Positions 29,017 through 39,228 of a DNA stretch of 54,023 nucleotides are shown here, in pieces. Positions within the stretch are counted from its first letter, which is position 1. Every line of letters starts with the position of its first letter. The translations under genes were made by a program, and so were the position numbers. The DNA is taken from contig CAMNHK010000006.1 in the NCBI GenBank assembly GCA_946539445.1, forward strand, positions 1-54,023. Direction: 5' to 3'. The notes below the pieces were generated by a model. The model was not told the DNA's origin and made no database searches. It saw only the letters and a program-made list of their open reading frames with translations. Source of the stretch: an uncultured Bacillales bacterium (GTDB lineage Bacteria; Bacillota_I; Bacilli_A; RF39; UBA660).

Positions 29017-31493
29017 ATGCTTTTTTCTTCTATTATTTCATTATCACTAAATAGAATCGATGTAATTGTATTTATTAGTTCTTCTCTTGAATATTCGTAT
29101 ACGTTATCATAAGTTGGTTGTATCCCTAATTCTTCAAATAGCTCGTCTAAGAATAAATTATTTAGAAGATACTTACCTCGATATGACATGTCGCTGTAGT
29201 TTCCTAGAAAAATATTTTCCCCAGGAATATGTAAAGTTATTCTTTCTAAGATATCTTCCTTTGTTTTTTCAAAATCTATATATACATAGATATCTCTTGA
29301 GGTGTATGTATTTTCATCGATTTTAACAATAGTTGGTTCACGAAAATCATATTGGGCTTTCTTTTTACCCTCATTATTTTCATCTTTTTCTTCTACATAA
29401 TTTACATATACAGATGGTAATAAATATTCCAAAAAATCCGTTCTTATTTTTTTGAAGTATTCAGGCGATATAATTGACTCTATGGTTGTATAACCTTGAG
29501 TGCTCATTCTTTCTACTAAATTGGAATATATTTGATAGGGAATTTTTACCGGAATGGATGAAAATCTTTGACAAGTTCCGTAGATTACGTGATCTTTGTC
29601 TCTTAATATTAAACCGATTTCTTTATTTTCATCAAAACCTATTTCTACTGTCATGTCTGGTGTTATTGTATCAAAAGCTTTTTCTCCATTTTCAAAAGTA
29701 TTATATATAGTGTCATCAAATATATGTAGTTGTTCTATAAGGGCTTTCTTATTGTCATTTTTATAGAATTCTTCTAATTCTGGATTGTTGGCGATAAGTG
29801 TTAATAATCTATCTTGGTCCATTTCAAAAAAATTACTATAATCAAATAAAATATTGTTAATTTCACCATCTACTATTAAACCGGATTCATTATCGGTAAC
29901 AAAGTCAAAATTTCCATCTATCGCTATCATTTTAAAACTTCTATTTTGGAAAACACCATCAAATACGTCCCCGCGTTTGTAAACCCAATATAAAGAGTCT
30001 CCGTCTTTAGCAATTCCTACCATACTACGAATTTGTCCAATTTGTTCGGCGGTCAAATATCCATTTTTTACGATTTGTTCATCATACCTTCTTCTATAAT
30101 CTTCTAAAGTGCTATAACTTCCATAATCTACTTTACTAAGTATCGAATCGAATAAATAAAAATTAGAATATAGTTTTTCTCTATTTATATTATTTCGTAA
30201 TTCATTGAATATTTTATCTAGTAGTTCTTTTTTTTCTTCATCGGTTTTCCCTTTAAAAAATTCTCTTACATCTTTTTTCAATATCATTTGATACATTTCA
30301 TAAGTATTCGCAATTGCTATGCCTTTTTCTTGTAATACTTGATTATATTCTCGAAAATACTGTTCTATTGTGTGAATATCTTCTTCTTTACTGATTAATT
30401 CCAGAAATCTTTCAAATTCATCATATGGATTATCAACATTAATGTTTGCTTTGGCTAATTTTAATAATTCATTCATAATAAAGTTATAGTTCTTTGTTTT
30501 CATTTGTATCATTTCTGAATGGTGATATGTTTTTGTCATTGCATCCATATAGTCCACTATATAATCAATATCCACTTCAGGATATTTTTCTTTTAATTCT
30601 TCTATTAATGCACTAATCCCATATTTGTTGTATGTACTATAATCAAATTCATCTGCACAGTTCATCAAAAAATCTAATACTTTTTGTTGAATTTCATAGG
30701 ACCCATGATATCCAAATTCATTCTCTATAATTCTGTTTGTCATGGCTTCCATTAAGGAGTCCCCATGGTCTTCATTTAGTCTAATTACATGATCTTCATT
30801 ATGGGTGTATAAGCAATACATGGCATGATTTAATTCATGAGCTACTACATTTTCATTTTTGGCGTATTCTTCTTGTAGGGATATTTCACATTTTAATGAA
30901 TCAAACCATCCAGCGTAATCACTATTCAACCATGAACGAAGAGAAATTCTTGGAACAATTGTTATTTTTAAATCATTCATATTTTCATAATAAATTCTTA
31001 AATTGATGTTTGGATCTTGAGCTATATTGGCGTCCATTACTCTAATCGCAATTTCTTTGTAGTAATCCTCTATGTTTGGATTATTTTGAATTGCATTAAT
31101 AACATCCTCTCTAGTTACCTCATCCTCATAATAAGTAGAAAGATCTGATCGATTGCTATACACTTCTTGAGTAATCGTTTGTCCTATTAATTCTAAACTT
31201 CTAGTATTTGGACGAAGGACTAGATTTATGGCTCCTCCATAAATACCAGTACTAACTATTACAGATAAAAGCATTCCTTTCCAATTTACTTTTTCCTTGT
31301 ATTTTACTGTTTTTTCTTCATATTTTATATCATGATTATTATATATTTCGTATAATTCTATAAAATCTGAGTATTCAGGATATTTTAAATTTCCATCTTT
31401 ATCTATCTCTAAAAATGTTATACGGTGTTCTTCTGTAGCTAGTAATAAAAAATTTCTCTTTTTGTATGTGATTTCAAATAATTTTTTAAACAT
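29007..31493 (-). CDS. Large hypothetical membrane-anchored protein with an HExxH zincin motif
   Basis: 828 aa, TM at ~aa 73-93, HELNH at aa 219-223 and a downstream E in LMEAMTN. Confidence 0.7.
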   Translation of the reverse strand: MFKKLFEITYKKRNFLLLATEEHRITFLEIDKDGNLKYPEYSDFIELYEIYNNHDIKYEEKTVKYKEKVNWKGMLLSVIVSTGIYGGAINLVLRPNTRSLELIGQTITQEVYSNRSDLSTYYEDEVTREDVINAIQNNPNIEDYYKEIAIRVMDANIAQDPNINLRIYYENMNDLKITIVPRISLRSWLNSDYAGWFDSLKCEISLQEEYAKNENVVAHELNHAMYCLYTHNEDHVIRLNEDHGDSLMEAMTNRIIENEFGYHGSYEIQQKVLDFLMNCADEFDYSTYNKYGISALIEELKEKYPEVDIDYIVDYMDAMTKTYHHSEMIQMKTKNYNFIMNELLKLAKANINVDNPYDEFERFLELISKEEDIHTIEQYFREYNQVLQEKGIAIANTYEMYQMILKKDVREFFKGKTDEEKKELLDKIFNELRNNINREKLYSNFYLFDSILSKVDYGSYSTLEDYRRRYDEQIVKNGYLTAEQIGQIRSMVGIAKDGDSLYWVYKRGDVFDGVFQNRSFKMIAIDGNFDFVTDNESGLIVDGEINNILFDYSNFFEMDQDRLLTLIANNPELEEFYKNDNKKALIEQLHIFDDTIYNTFENGEKAFDTITPDMTVEIGFDENKEIGLILRDKDHVIYGTCQRFSSIPVKIPYQIYSNLVERMSTQGYTTIESIISPEYFKKIRTDFLEYLLPSVYVNYVEEKDENNEGKKKAQYDFREPTIVKIDENTYTSRDIYVYIDFEKTKEDILERITLHIPGENIFLGNYSDMSYRGKYLLNNLFLDELFEELGIQPTYDNVYEYSREELINTITSILFSDNEIIEEKSIKK

Positions 31494-31560
31494 ATCTTTT
31501 CCACCTATTCTAGTAGTATTTTATCAAAGATTATAAAAAAAAAGAAGAGTTTCTCTTCTT

Positions 31561-32661
31561 CTATACGTTAAATCTAAAGTGACAAATATCTCCATCTTGC
31601 ATTAAGTAATCTTTTCCTTCTAATCGTGCTTTTCCTGCTTCTTTTACTTTTATTTCGGATCCACATTCGATTAAATCTTCATAAGACATAACTTCGGCAC
31701 GAATAAAACCTTTTTCAAAATCGGTATGGATGATTCCTGCACATTGTTTGGCATTCATTCCTTTTCTAAAGGTCCAAGCTCTTACTTCATCTTTTCCTAC
31801 CGTAAAATAAGTGGCTAGTCCTAAAATATCATAAGTTGCTTTAATTAATTTATCTAATCCACTGCCGTCTAGTCCTAGTCCCTCTAACATTTCTTTTTTA
31901 TCTTCCGGATCTAATTCTGATAATTCTTCTTCTACTTTGGCACAAAGACTAACGACTCTGGCATTTTCTTTACTGGCATATTCTTTTACTTTTTGAACAT
32001 ATTCATTGTCTTCTTTTCCTAATTCACTTTCCTTGATATTAGCAAGATAGATAATTGGTTTTAAGGTTAAAAAACTGTAAGATTTGATGATTTTCTTTTC
32101 CTCTTCGGTTAATTCTAATTGTCTTAATGGTTTATTTTCTTCAAGAGCCTTTTTGCATTTTTCTAGTACTTCTGATTCTAATATATCATCTTTATCTTTG
32201 GTTGTTCTTGCTTTTTTTGCTACTCTTTCTAAACGATTATTAATGACATCTAAATCAGCAATAGCTAATTCAAGATTAATGGTTTCTATATCACGAATCG
32301 GATCAATGCTTCCTTCTACATGGATAATCTTTCCATCATCGAAACATCTTACTACTTCTACTATAGCATCGGTTTCACGGATGTGTGATAAGAATTTATT
32401 ACCTAATCCTTCTCCTTGGGAAGCTCCTTTTACTAATCCAGCAATATCGGTAAACTCATAAGCGGTTGGAATTAAACGTTCTGGATTATACATTTCATTT
32501 AATTTATCGATTCTTTCATCTGGTACCGTTACTACTCCAACATTTGGTTCGATGGTTGCAAATGGATAGTTTTCTGCTAATATTTTTTGATTGGTTATCG
32601 CATTAAATAGAGTTGACTTTCCTACATTGGGAAGCCCTACAATTCCGGCTGTTAAACTCAT
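31561..32661 (-). CDS. ychF: Ribosome-binding ATPase YchF
   Basis: GIVGLPNVGKST, DIAGLVKGAS and IHTDFEKGFIRAE. Confidence 0.97.
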   Translation of the reverse strand: MSLTAGIVGLPNVGKSTLFNAITNQKILAENYPFATIEPNVGVVTVPDERIDKLNEMYNPERLIPTAYEFTDIAGLVKGASQGEGLGNKFLSHIRETDAIVEVVRCFDDGKIIHVEGSIDPIRDIETINLELAIADLDVINNRLERVAKKARTTKDKDDILESEVLEKCKKALEENKPLRQLELTEEEKKIIKSYSFLTLKPIIYLANIKESELGKEDNEYVQKVKEYASKENARVVSLCAKVEEELSELDPEDKKEMLEGLGLDGSGLDKLIKATYDILGLATYFTVGKDEVRAWTFRKGMNAKQCAGIIHTDFEKGFIRAEVMSYEDLIECGSEIKVKEAGKARLEGKDYLMQDGDICHFRFNV

Positions 32662-32727
32662 AATATCCCTCTTTTCTTTGTATATTATATCATCTTTTCT
32701 ATCAAAAAAAACACCAAAATGGTGTTT

Positions 32728-34323
32728 TTATAATGTTGGAAATACTCCTGGACCAATTGGTAGTCCAATTATATACCATCCTACTATTATTAGTATCCAA
32801 GCGGCTGATATTAACAAAAAGTAAGGAGATATTAATTTCAATGAATTTTTAATTGTATAGGGTTTATCTTTGTACAAATTATATATATTAAGATATCCTA
32901 TATAAATGACAAAGGAAGCAAGTAATGGCGTAAATCCTTTTGTCATAGAATCTCCTGCTCTCATCACAATTTGAGCAAATTGCGGAGAAATATTTGCTTG
33001 CATAAATGTTGGTACTACGATTGGTGAGAAAATCATCCACTTACTTGCTGGTGATGTTAATAAGAAGTTTGCGATGGCAATTAATAATAATGAAATAATA
33101 ATTAATGGTATACCATTTAAAGATAATATGGATAATAGATTAGCTAACCAAGAGGCTACTACCATTCCAATATTACTCTTTCTAAATACTGCGATAAATT
33201 GTGATACTGCAAATATTAAAAAGAACATACTTCCTAAATTGGAGAATTTTTTACTGGCATTTTCAATTATTTCTTTATCATTTTTAATTGATTTACTTCC
33301 AATTCCATAGGCAATTCCTGCTAGGATAAATACTAGTGAAACTAAATAAGTAAATCCGTCTTGGAAATAAGCGTTGTCTCCAAACAATTGCTTCAAATAC
33401 GTATTTTCATTCATATCTAGTAGCATTCCAGAGCCTGGTAAGTTTGGAATTAGAGAATAAATAAATATTAACAATATTATGATAGATACTACTAATGCAA
33501 AGCGTAAACCTTTCTTTTCATATCTTTCTCGTTCAATTTCCTTTTGTTCTTCTTCTTCTAAGTTAATCACACGATACTGCTCTGTTTTTGAGAATTCATC
33601 CTCTTTTTTATATTTTCCAATTTTTGGAGCAATAATTCTTTCAATGATTACCGTTCCTACTAAGGATAATATTATACTTGCAACTATAATAAATATTAAG
33701 TTACAAGATAAAGCAATATGAGCAGATTCGTCTATTAATCGAGCTGCATTTCGGGTATAATTCATTAACGAAACTTCCATAGATCCTATAAAGATGGATA
33801 CTCCATATCCAAAGGAAACTCCACAAAATGCAGTTACAATTCCTAATATTGGATTACGATTATTAATGAAATATATTAGAGCTGCCAATGGTATTAAAAT
33901 GGCATATCCTACTTCATTAATTAATGATGATATGGTTGCAATAAAGATTAAGAAAAAAGTAAATGTATTTTTCGGTATTTTACTTAAATGTCTCTTTGTT
34001 AATGTCTCAATAAAACCTGATCCTTCGGCTATTGTAATTCCTATTAAAGATAATAATAACATTCCTAAAGGTCCAAAACTTAGAAAGTTTTTAGCGGCAT
34101 TACTAATCATCCATTTAATTCCATCAAATGACAATAAATTTTCTACTGTAATTAAAGTTGGTTCTAATTCATTTGTATTTACATTAACTGTATTATAAGT
34201 TGCTTGAGTTTGAAAAATAGACAAGATCCAACTTAATAGAATTGTTAGTATTGTAAGTAGTAAAAATATTGTAATAGGATGAAAATAAAATTTTTTTAAT
34301 TTTAATTTTCTTTTATCCTTCAT
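32728..34323 (-). CDS. AbgT family transporter (p-aminobenzoyl-glutamate-like)
   Basis: HPITIF, VENLLSFDGI, SPASKW and RAGDS; many TM segments. Confidence 0.85.
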   Translation of the reverse strand: MKDKRKLKLKKFYFHPITIFLLLTILTILLSWILSIFQTQATYNTVNVNTNELEPTLITVENLLSFDGIKWMISNAAKNFLSFGPLGMLLLSLIGITIAEGSGFIETLTKRHLSKIPKNTFTFFLIFIATISSLINEVGYAILIPLAALIYFINNRNPILGIVTAFCGVSFGYGVSIFIGSMEVSLMNYTRNAARLIDESAHIALSCNLIFIIVASIILSLVGTVIIERIIAPKIGKYKKEDEFSKTEQYRVINLEEEEQKEIERERYEKKGLRFALVVSIIILLIFIYSLIPNLPGSGMLLDMNENTYLKQLFGDNAYFQDGFTYLVSLVFILAGIAYGIGSKSIKNDKEIIENASKKFSNLGSMFFLIFAVSQFIAVFRKSNIGMVVASWLANLLSILSLNGIPLIIISLLLIAIANFLLTSPASKWMIFSPIVVPTFMQANISPQFAQIVMRAGDSMTKGFTPLLASFVIYIGYLNIYNLYKDKPYTIKNSLKLISPYFLLISAAWILIIVGWYIIGLPIGPGVFPTL

Positions 34324-34335
34324 ATGTAATCCTTT

Positions 34336-34521
34336 CTATCCTATAACCTTTTTTAATTTTTTATTAAAATCAATTCTAGGAATTAGTACGGTTCTACCAC
34401 AGTTGACACATCTAATTTTGATGTCAGCTCCTACTCGTACAATTTCCCATTCGTTAGCTCCACAGGGATGTTGTTTTTTCATTATAACGATAGATCCTAA
34501 TTCATAATTTTTATTTTCCAT
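34336..34521 (-). CDS. DUF951 protein (YyzM)
   Basis: MKKQHPCG...RVGADIKIRC. ATG 34521 follows GAGGTG. Confidence 0.9.
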   Translation of the reverse strand: MENKNYELGSIVIMKKQHPCGANEWEIVRVGADIKIRCVNCGRTVLIPRIDFNKKLKKVIG

Positions 34522-35326
34522 TGTGCACCTCGATTTGTGTATAAGGAATTTTAATACCAGCTTCATCAAAGGCTTTTTTGATTTCTTTTCTTAAAAATCT
34601 TTCGGTTGCAAACTGTTTCATAGGTTTTGTTTCTACGACTACTCGATATACAACTCCAGAGTCTGCTAGTTCATTTACTCCCCATAATTCAAGTTCTTTG
34701 GTTGCTTCTGGTATTTTTCCATTTAGCTTTTTAAATAGTTTTTCTAATGTTTCTTCTATTAATTCTTCTTTACATTCATAAGCTATGGATACATCTACCA
34801 CAGCTAAAGAATTATTATTGCTATAATTAATAACATTATCCATATAATGATTGGCAATGATCTTTGTTGCTCCCTTAAAATTGCGAATTCTTGTAGTTCT
34901 TAGACCTATAAAAACTACTTCTCCCATAAATCCGTCAATTTCAATCGTATCTCCTATTTCATATTCCCCTTCTGTGATAATGGAGAATCCTGCTATTAAA
35001 TCTTTGGCTAAATCTTGAAAAGCCAAACCTATTATAGCGGTTCCTATTCCTAGTCCGGCTAGAATAGATTTAACATTAATTCCAAAAACAGATAAAATTC
35101 CTAGTAATACAAAAATTACGGTAAGATACTTGATTATATTAATAATCAAGGTTCTTAATGTTTCAATTCTTTGTTTTTGAGTCGCTTTTAGTACTCTTTT
35201 GCCACTGGTTGCTCTTGTAATAATTCTTTTTATTATTTGAAAACATACTATACCAATAATGATATAAATGATTGGTACAATAATTAGCATTAAGTCTAAT
35301 TTGAAATTAAATAGCTTAACTACCAT
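34511..35326 (-). CDS. mscS: Small-conductance mechanosensitive channel (MscS/YkuT)
   Basis: GLAFQDLAKDLIAG, IGLRTTRIR and GIKIPY. Confidence 0.9.
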   Translation of the reverse strand: MVVKLFNFKLDLMLIIVPIIYIIIGIVCFQIIKRIITRATSGKRVLKATQKQRIETLRTLIINIIKYLTVIFVLLGILSVFGINVKSILAGLGIGTAIIGLAFQDLAKDLIAGFSIITEGEYEIGDTIEIDGFMGEVVFIGLRTTRIRNFKGATKIIANHYMDNVINYSNNNSLAVVDVSIAYECKEELIEETLEKLFKKLNGKIPEATKELELWGVNELADSGVVYRVVVETKPMKQFATERFLRKEIKKAFDEAGIKIPYTQIEVHNGK

Positions 35327-35327
35327 A

Positions 35328-36239
35328 TTATCTACCTACCTCAATGTTCATAATTTCTAATAATCGATTTAAATCATTATTATTTACAAAACTAATTTCA
35401 ATTTTATTTTTACGAACTACTACTTTTGTTCCTAGTTTTTCACTTAATTCATTTTGTAAGTAAGAATACTCATTTGTTTCTTTGATTCTAGAACGTTGTG
35501 GATTCGTCTTTATAATAGTTGGTTGTTGGGCGATTATTTCTAACTCACGCACACTCATACCATCTCTAATAATTTGATCTGCTAGTTTTCTTTGTTCCTC
35601 AGCGTTATCTAGTTTACTTAATGCTCTAGCATGACCCATACTTATTTTCTTATTGCTAACATCTTCTTGAATACTCGCTGGTAGTGTTAATAAGCCAAGC
35701 ATATTCGTAATATGACTTCTACTTTTACCTAATCTTTTTGCTAATTCTTCTTGTGTTAGACTTAGAGTTTCTTGAAGTTTATGATAAGCGGTTGCTTCTT
35801 CGATTGCATTTAAATCTTCTCTTTGAAGGTTTTCTAAAAGAGCAATTTCCATCATTTGAGTATCATTGAAATTACGAATAATCGCTGGAATTTCTTTTAA
35901 TCCTGCTAATTTAGAGGCTTTTACTCTTCTTTCACCTGCTATAATTTCATATCCATGAATGGATTTTTTGGCAATAATAGGTTGAAAAACCCCATGTTCT
36001 TTAATCGAAGATGCTAATTCTTGTAAAGCTTCCTCATCAAAAACCTTTCTTGGCTGATATGGGTTACTTCTCAACTCTTCTAAAGGTAACATTACGATTT
36101 CGTCTTTGTTTGTTTCTGTTAAAATACTTTTTTCGACAGTGCTGTAGTCAAGTACTTCGTTTGAAAATAATTCTTCTAGTCCTCTTCCTAATGCTTTTCT
36201 TTTTGGAATTCCTGATTCTTCTATATTATTTTGATTCAT
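35328..36239 (-). CDS. parB: Chromosome partitioning protein ParB/Spo0J
   Basis: ALGRGL, PYQPR, GERR, HTH GKSRSHITN and MGHAR. Start is 36239 or 36248. Confidence 0.95.
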   Translation of the reverse strand: MNQNNIEESGIPKRKALGRGLEELFSNEVLDYSTVEKSILTETNKDEIVMLPLEELRSNPYQPRKVFDEEALQELASSIKEHGVFQPIIAKKSIHGYEIIAGERRVKASKLAGLKEIPAIIRNFNDTQMMEIALLENLQREDLNAIEEATAYHKLQETLSLTQEELAKRLGKSRSHITNMLGLLTLPASIQEDVSNKKISMGHARALSKLDNAEEQRKLADQIIRDGMSVRELEIIAQQPTIIKTNPQRSRIKETNEYSYLQNELSEKLGTKVVVRKNKIEISFVNNNDLNRLLEIMNIEVGR

Positions 36240-37014
36240 TTCTCTCAATCACTTCCTTTGCTAGATTCAAATATGCTTCTGATCCTCTACTCTTTGGATC
36301 GTAAACTATAATTGGTTCTCCATGTGAAGGTGCTTCTGTTAATCTTACCAATCTTGGAATAATCGTATTATATACTTTTTCTTTAAAGAATTTACGAATA
36401 TCTTCTACTACTTCAAATCCTAAATTTGTTCTGGAATCCAACATAGTTAGTAAAACTCCTTCTATGTCTAATGTTGGATTTAAACTCTTTTGAGCTAACA
36501 TAATTGTTTTTAGTAATTGAGTAATACCTTCAAGAGCAAAGAATTCACATTGAACTGGTATTATTACAGAATTTGAAGCTGTTAGTGCATTGGTTGTTAT
36601 AATACCTAATGATGGTGGACAATCTAAAATGATATAATCAAAACTATCTCGTATATCCATCATACGAATTTTTAATTGTTCGCCTTTTTGAAATCCCTTT
36701 TCGGAACGACTTTTTTCTTCTAAGTCATATTCTAACCCTGCTAAATTAATAGAAGCTGGTAAAACATATAAATCTTTGTACTTTGTTTTTACCATTGCTT
36801 CTGTTATATTACATTCTCCAATTAATACATCATAGATACTTCGTTCTATTTCTCCTTTATTAATTCCTACACCAGTAGTTGTATTTCCCTGAGGATCTAG
36901 GTCAATTAATAATACTTTTTTTCCTAATACTGCTAATGATGCAGAAAGATTGATGCTAGTTGTGGTTTTACCAACTCCACCTTTTTGATTTACTAATGAT
37001 ATAACCTTTCCCAT
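36226..37014 (-). CDS. soj: Chromosome partitioning ATPase ParA/Soj
   Basis: NQKGGVGKTT, DLDPQGN, DCPPSLG and EAPSHG. Confidence 0.96.
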   Translation of the reverse strand: MGKVISLVNQKGGVGKTTTSINLSASLAVLGKKVLLIDLDPQGNTTTGVGINKGEIERSIYDVLIGECNITEAMVKTKYKDLYVLPASINLAGLEYDLEEKSRSEKGFQKGEQLKIRMMDIRDSFDYIILDCPPSLGIITTNALTASNSVIIPVQCEFFALEGITQLLKTIMLAQKSLNPTLDIEGVLLTMLDSRTNLGFEVVEDIRKFFKEKVYNTIIPRLVRLTEAPSHGEPIIVYDPKSRGSEAYLNLAKEVIERNESK

Positions 37015-37116
37015 CTAATCACCCATTTTCCATATTACTTAATTATTGTACCAAATAATGTTTTTTTTTGAAATGATTTTCCAAAAAAAAGTAGACTTTT
37101 TCAAGAAAATCTACTT

Positions 37117-38478
37117 TTAGTTATCGTTTTTATTTATTTTAATAATTATTTGATATGATTTTTCAAAATTCATCTCATCTGTATTAACATTAATTCCATG
37201 ATTTTTTAAATCTTCTATTAAGTTTTTTATTTTTTGTGTTGCTTGATCTACTGTGTATTTTACATCATTTGGTACTGGGGTATCGGTTGATGCAAGACTT
37301 AATAAACTATTTGGATTCGTGTTATTCATATCTGGTTGTGATAAAAACATGCTGTTCCCTATTGGATTTATTATTCCATTTGGTACTTCAATGGATGAGA
37401 AATCGGCTGTTCTGAAATAATCAGAAGAATGTGATATTCTTTCTTCTCCTGGATCGGTTTTAACAATTTTTTCAGCTGGTGTAATAAATTGAGTGGTTGG
37501 TTTAGAGGATGTTGGATTTCCTAAATTTAATAGGTTATCAAGATCTGCTCCTCCTTTATTCATATTTATATCAGCTGTTTTGGATTTAACATCTTTAATA
37601 TCAAGAGAAGTTGAGGCTGCAGGTGGCATATTTAGGATATCAATGTCTGCTGCTTCACGTTCTTCTTTATCAATTTCTCCATAATTAATAAATTTTCCCA
37701 TGTTATTTTCCTCTCCTTCTGGCGGTGCTATTGTTACTTTTCCATAATTTGTTTGTTCCTTTGGTAATTCTGCCGTAGGAACTAATGGACTATTATTTAC
37801 AAATGCATTGGTTGATGCGAATAATTCTTCTGGTTCTTCCTCTTCGTCTTTTTCAACCACTGACACCGATGGAGATTCTTTCTTTATTTCCTCTTCTAAG
37901 GCTCTAACACTCATTTTGTTATCAATTATCTTTTTTAACATTTCTCGTTGTCCTATAGAATCCGGAATATTTAATAATGTTCTTGCGTGTCTTTCTGAAA
38001 TTTGTTCTTTTAATAAAGCATTTTGAACTTCTTCAGGAAGAGAAAGTAATCTTATTTTATTGGCTACTGCCGATTGACTCTTTCCCATTGTTTTTGCAAG
38101 TTCTTCTTGTGTTAATTGATCTATTTCTAATATTTTTTGATAAGTTCTTGCCTCTTCGATTGGATTTAAATTTTTCCTTTGTAAATTCTCTAGAAGAGCT
38201 ACTTTGGAACTTTCTTTGTCATCTAAATTTCTTATGATTGCTGGTATTTTTGTTAATCCTGCTAATGCGGAAGCTTTATATCTTCTTTCTCCAGCAATAA
38301 TTTCATATTTTCCATTTACACTTCGTACAATAATCGGTTGAATTACTCCATGTTCTTTGATAGAAACCGCAAGTTCTTTTAATGCTTTTTCATCAAATAC
38401 TTCTCTTGGTTGGAAACGATTTGGAATAATATCATCTAAATATAATTGTACAACTTCATCTCTAGCATCTGGATACAT
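37117..38478 (-). CDS. noc: Nucleoid occlusion protein Noc-like ParB paralog with a long internal insertion
   Basis: GERR, Noc-type GKSQSAVANK and ERHAR, and a Noc-like C-terminus; sits between rsmG and soj. Confidence 0.8.
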   Translation of the reverse strand: MYPDARDEVVQLYLDDIIPNRFQPREVFDEKALKELAVSIKEHGVIQPIIVRSVNGKYEIIAGERRYKASALAGLTKIPAIIRNLDDKESSKVALLENLQRKNLNPIEEARTYQKILEIDQLTQEELAKTMGKSQSAVANKIRLLSLPEEVQNALLKEQISERHARTLLNIPDSIGQREMLKKIIDNKMSVRALEEEIKKESPSVSVVEKDEEEEPEELFASTNAFVNNSPLVPTAELPKEQTNYGKVTIAPPEGEENNMGKFINYGEIDKEEREAADIDILNMPPAASTSLDIKDVKSKTADINMNKGGADLDNLLNLGNPTSSKPTTQFITPAEKIVKTDPGEERISHSSDYFRTADFSSIEVPNGIINPIGNSMFLSQPDMNNTNPNSLLSLASTDTPVPNDVKYTVDQATQKIKNLIEDLKNHGINVNTDEMNFEKSYQIIIKINKNDN

Positions 38479-38583
38479 AGCGCTCCCTCACTTTATTCTC
38501 TTATTTTCCCTATACTAGCATTATACTCGAAATTTCTATTACTTTCAACTTTTTTTCACAAAAAAAGTATGATTATTCATACT

Positions 38584-39228
38584 TTATTTATTTTTTATGA
38601 CAACTAGATTTCGTTTACTATTCTCTATTGGAAGATGAAAAGATTCTATTTGAACGATGCTATATTTTTTATTTAATTTTTGTTTTACGTTTTCTGTTAA
38701 TTCCTCTTCTATATTTCCTTTCATAGCAATAAATACTCCGTTTTTTGATACTAAATGCATTGTATATCCTACTAGTTTTTCGATATTCGCAACAGCTCTT
38801 GAGGTTACTACATCAAATTGCCCTTTGTATTCTTCCCCTCTAATATGAATTGCTTCTATTTCTTTTAAACCCAATTCTTTAATAACTTCATTTAAATAGT
38901 TCACTCGTTTTTGAAGGGAATCAATTAGAGTTATTTTTATATTCGGAAATACAATTTTTAATACAATTCCTGGAAATCCTGCTCCTGTTCCTACATCACA
39001 CAAAGTCTTTACTTTTGTTAAATCTACTACTTTTGATACTGTTAAACTATCATAAAAATGTTTCAAGTAAACTTCTTTTTCCTCTGTAATTCTCGTCAAA
39101 TTCATTTTGCTATTCCATTCTAACATTATGTGATAAAAGTGATCTAATAATTCTTTTTGTTCTGCTGATAAAGTTATGGATAGATTTTTTAATTCTTTTT
39201 CAAATTCTTCTTTATTCATCTTTTCCAT
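38584..39228 (-). CDS. rsmG: 16S rRNA m7G527 methyltransferase
   Basis: MNLTRI, KHFYDS, DVGTGAGFPG and SRAVA. Confidence 0.96.
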   Translation of the reverse strand: MEKMNKEEFEKELKNLSITLSAEQKELLDHFYHIMLEWNSKMNLTRITEEKEVYLKHFYDSLTVSKVVDLTKVKTLCDVGTGAGFPGIVLKIVFPNIKITLIDSLQKRVNYLNEVIKELGLKEIEAIHIRGEEYKGQFDVVTSRAVANIEKLVGYTMHLVSKNGVFIAMKGNIEEELTENVKQKLNKKYSIVQIESFHLPIENSKRNLVVIKNK

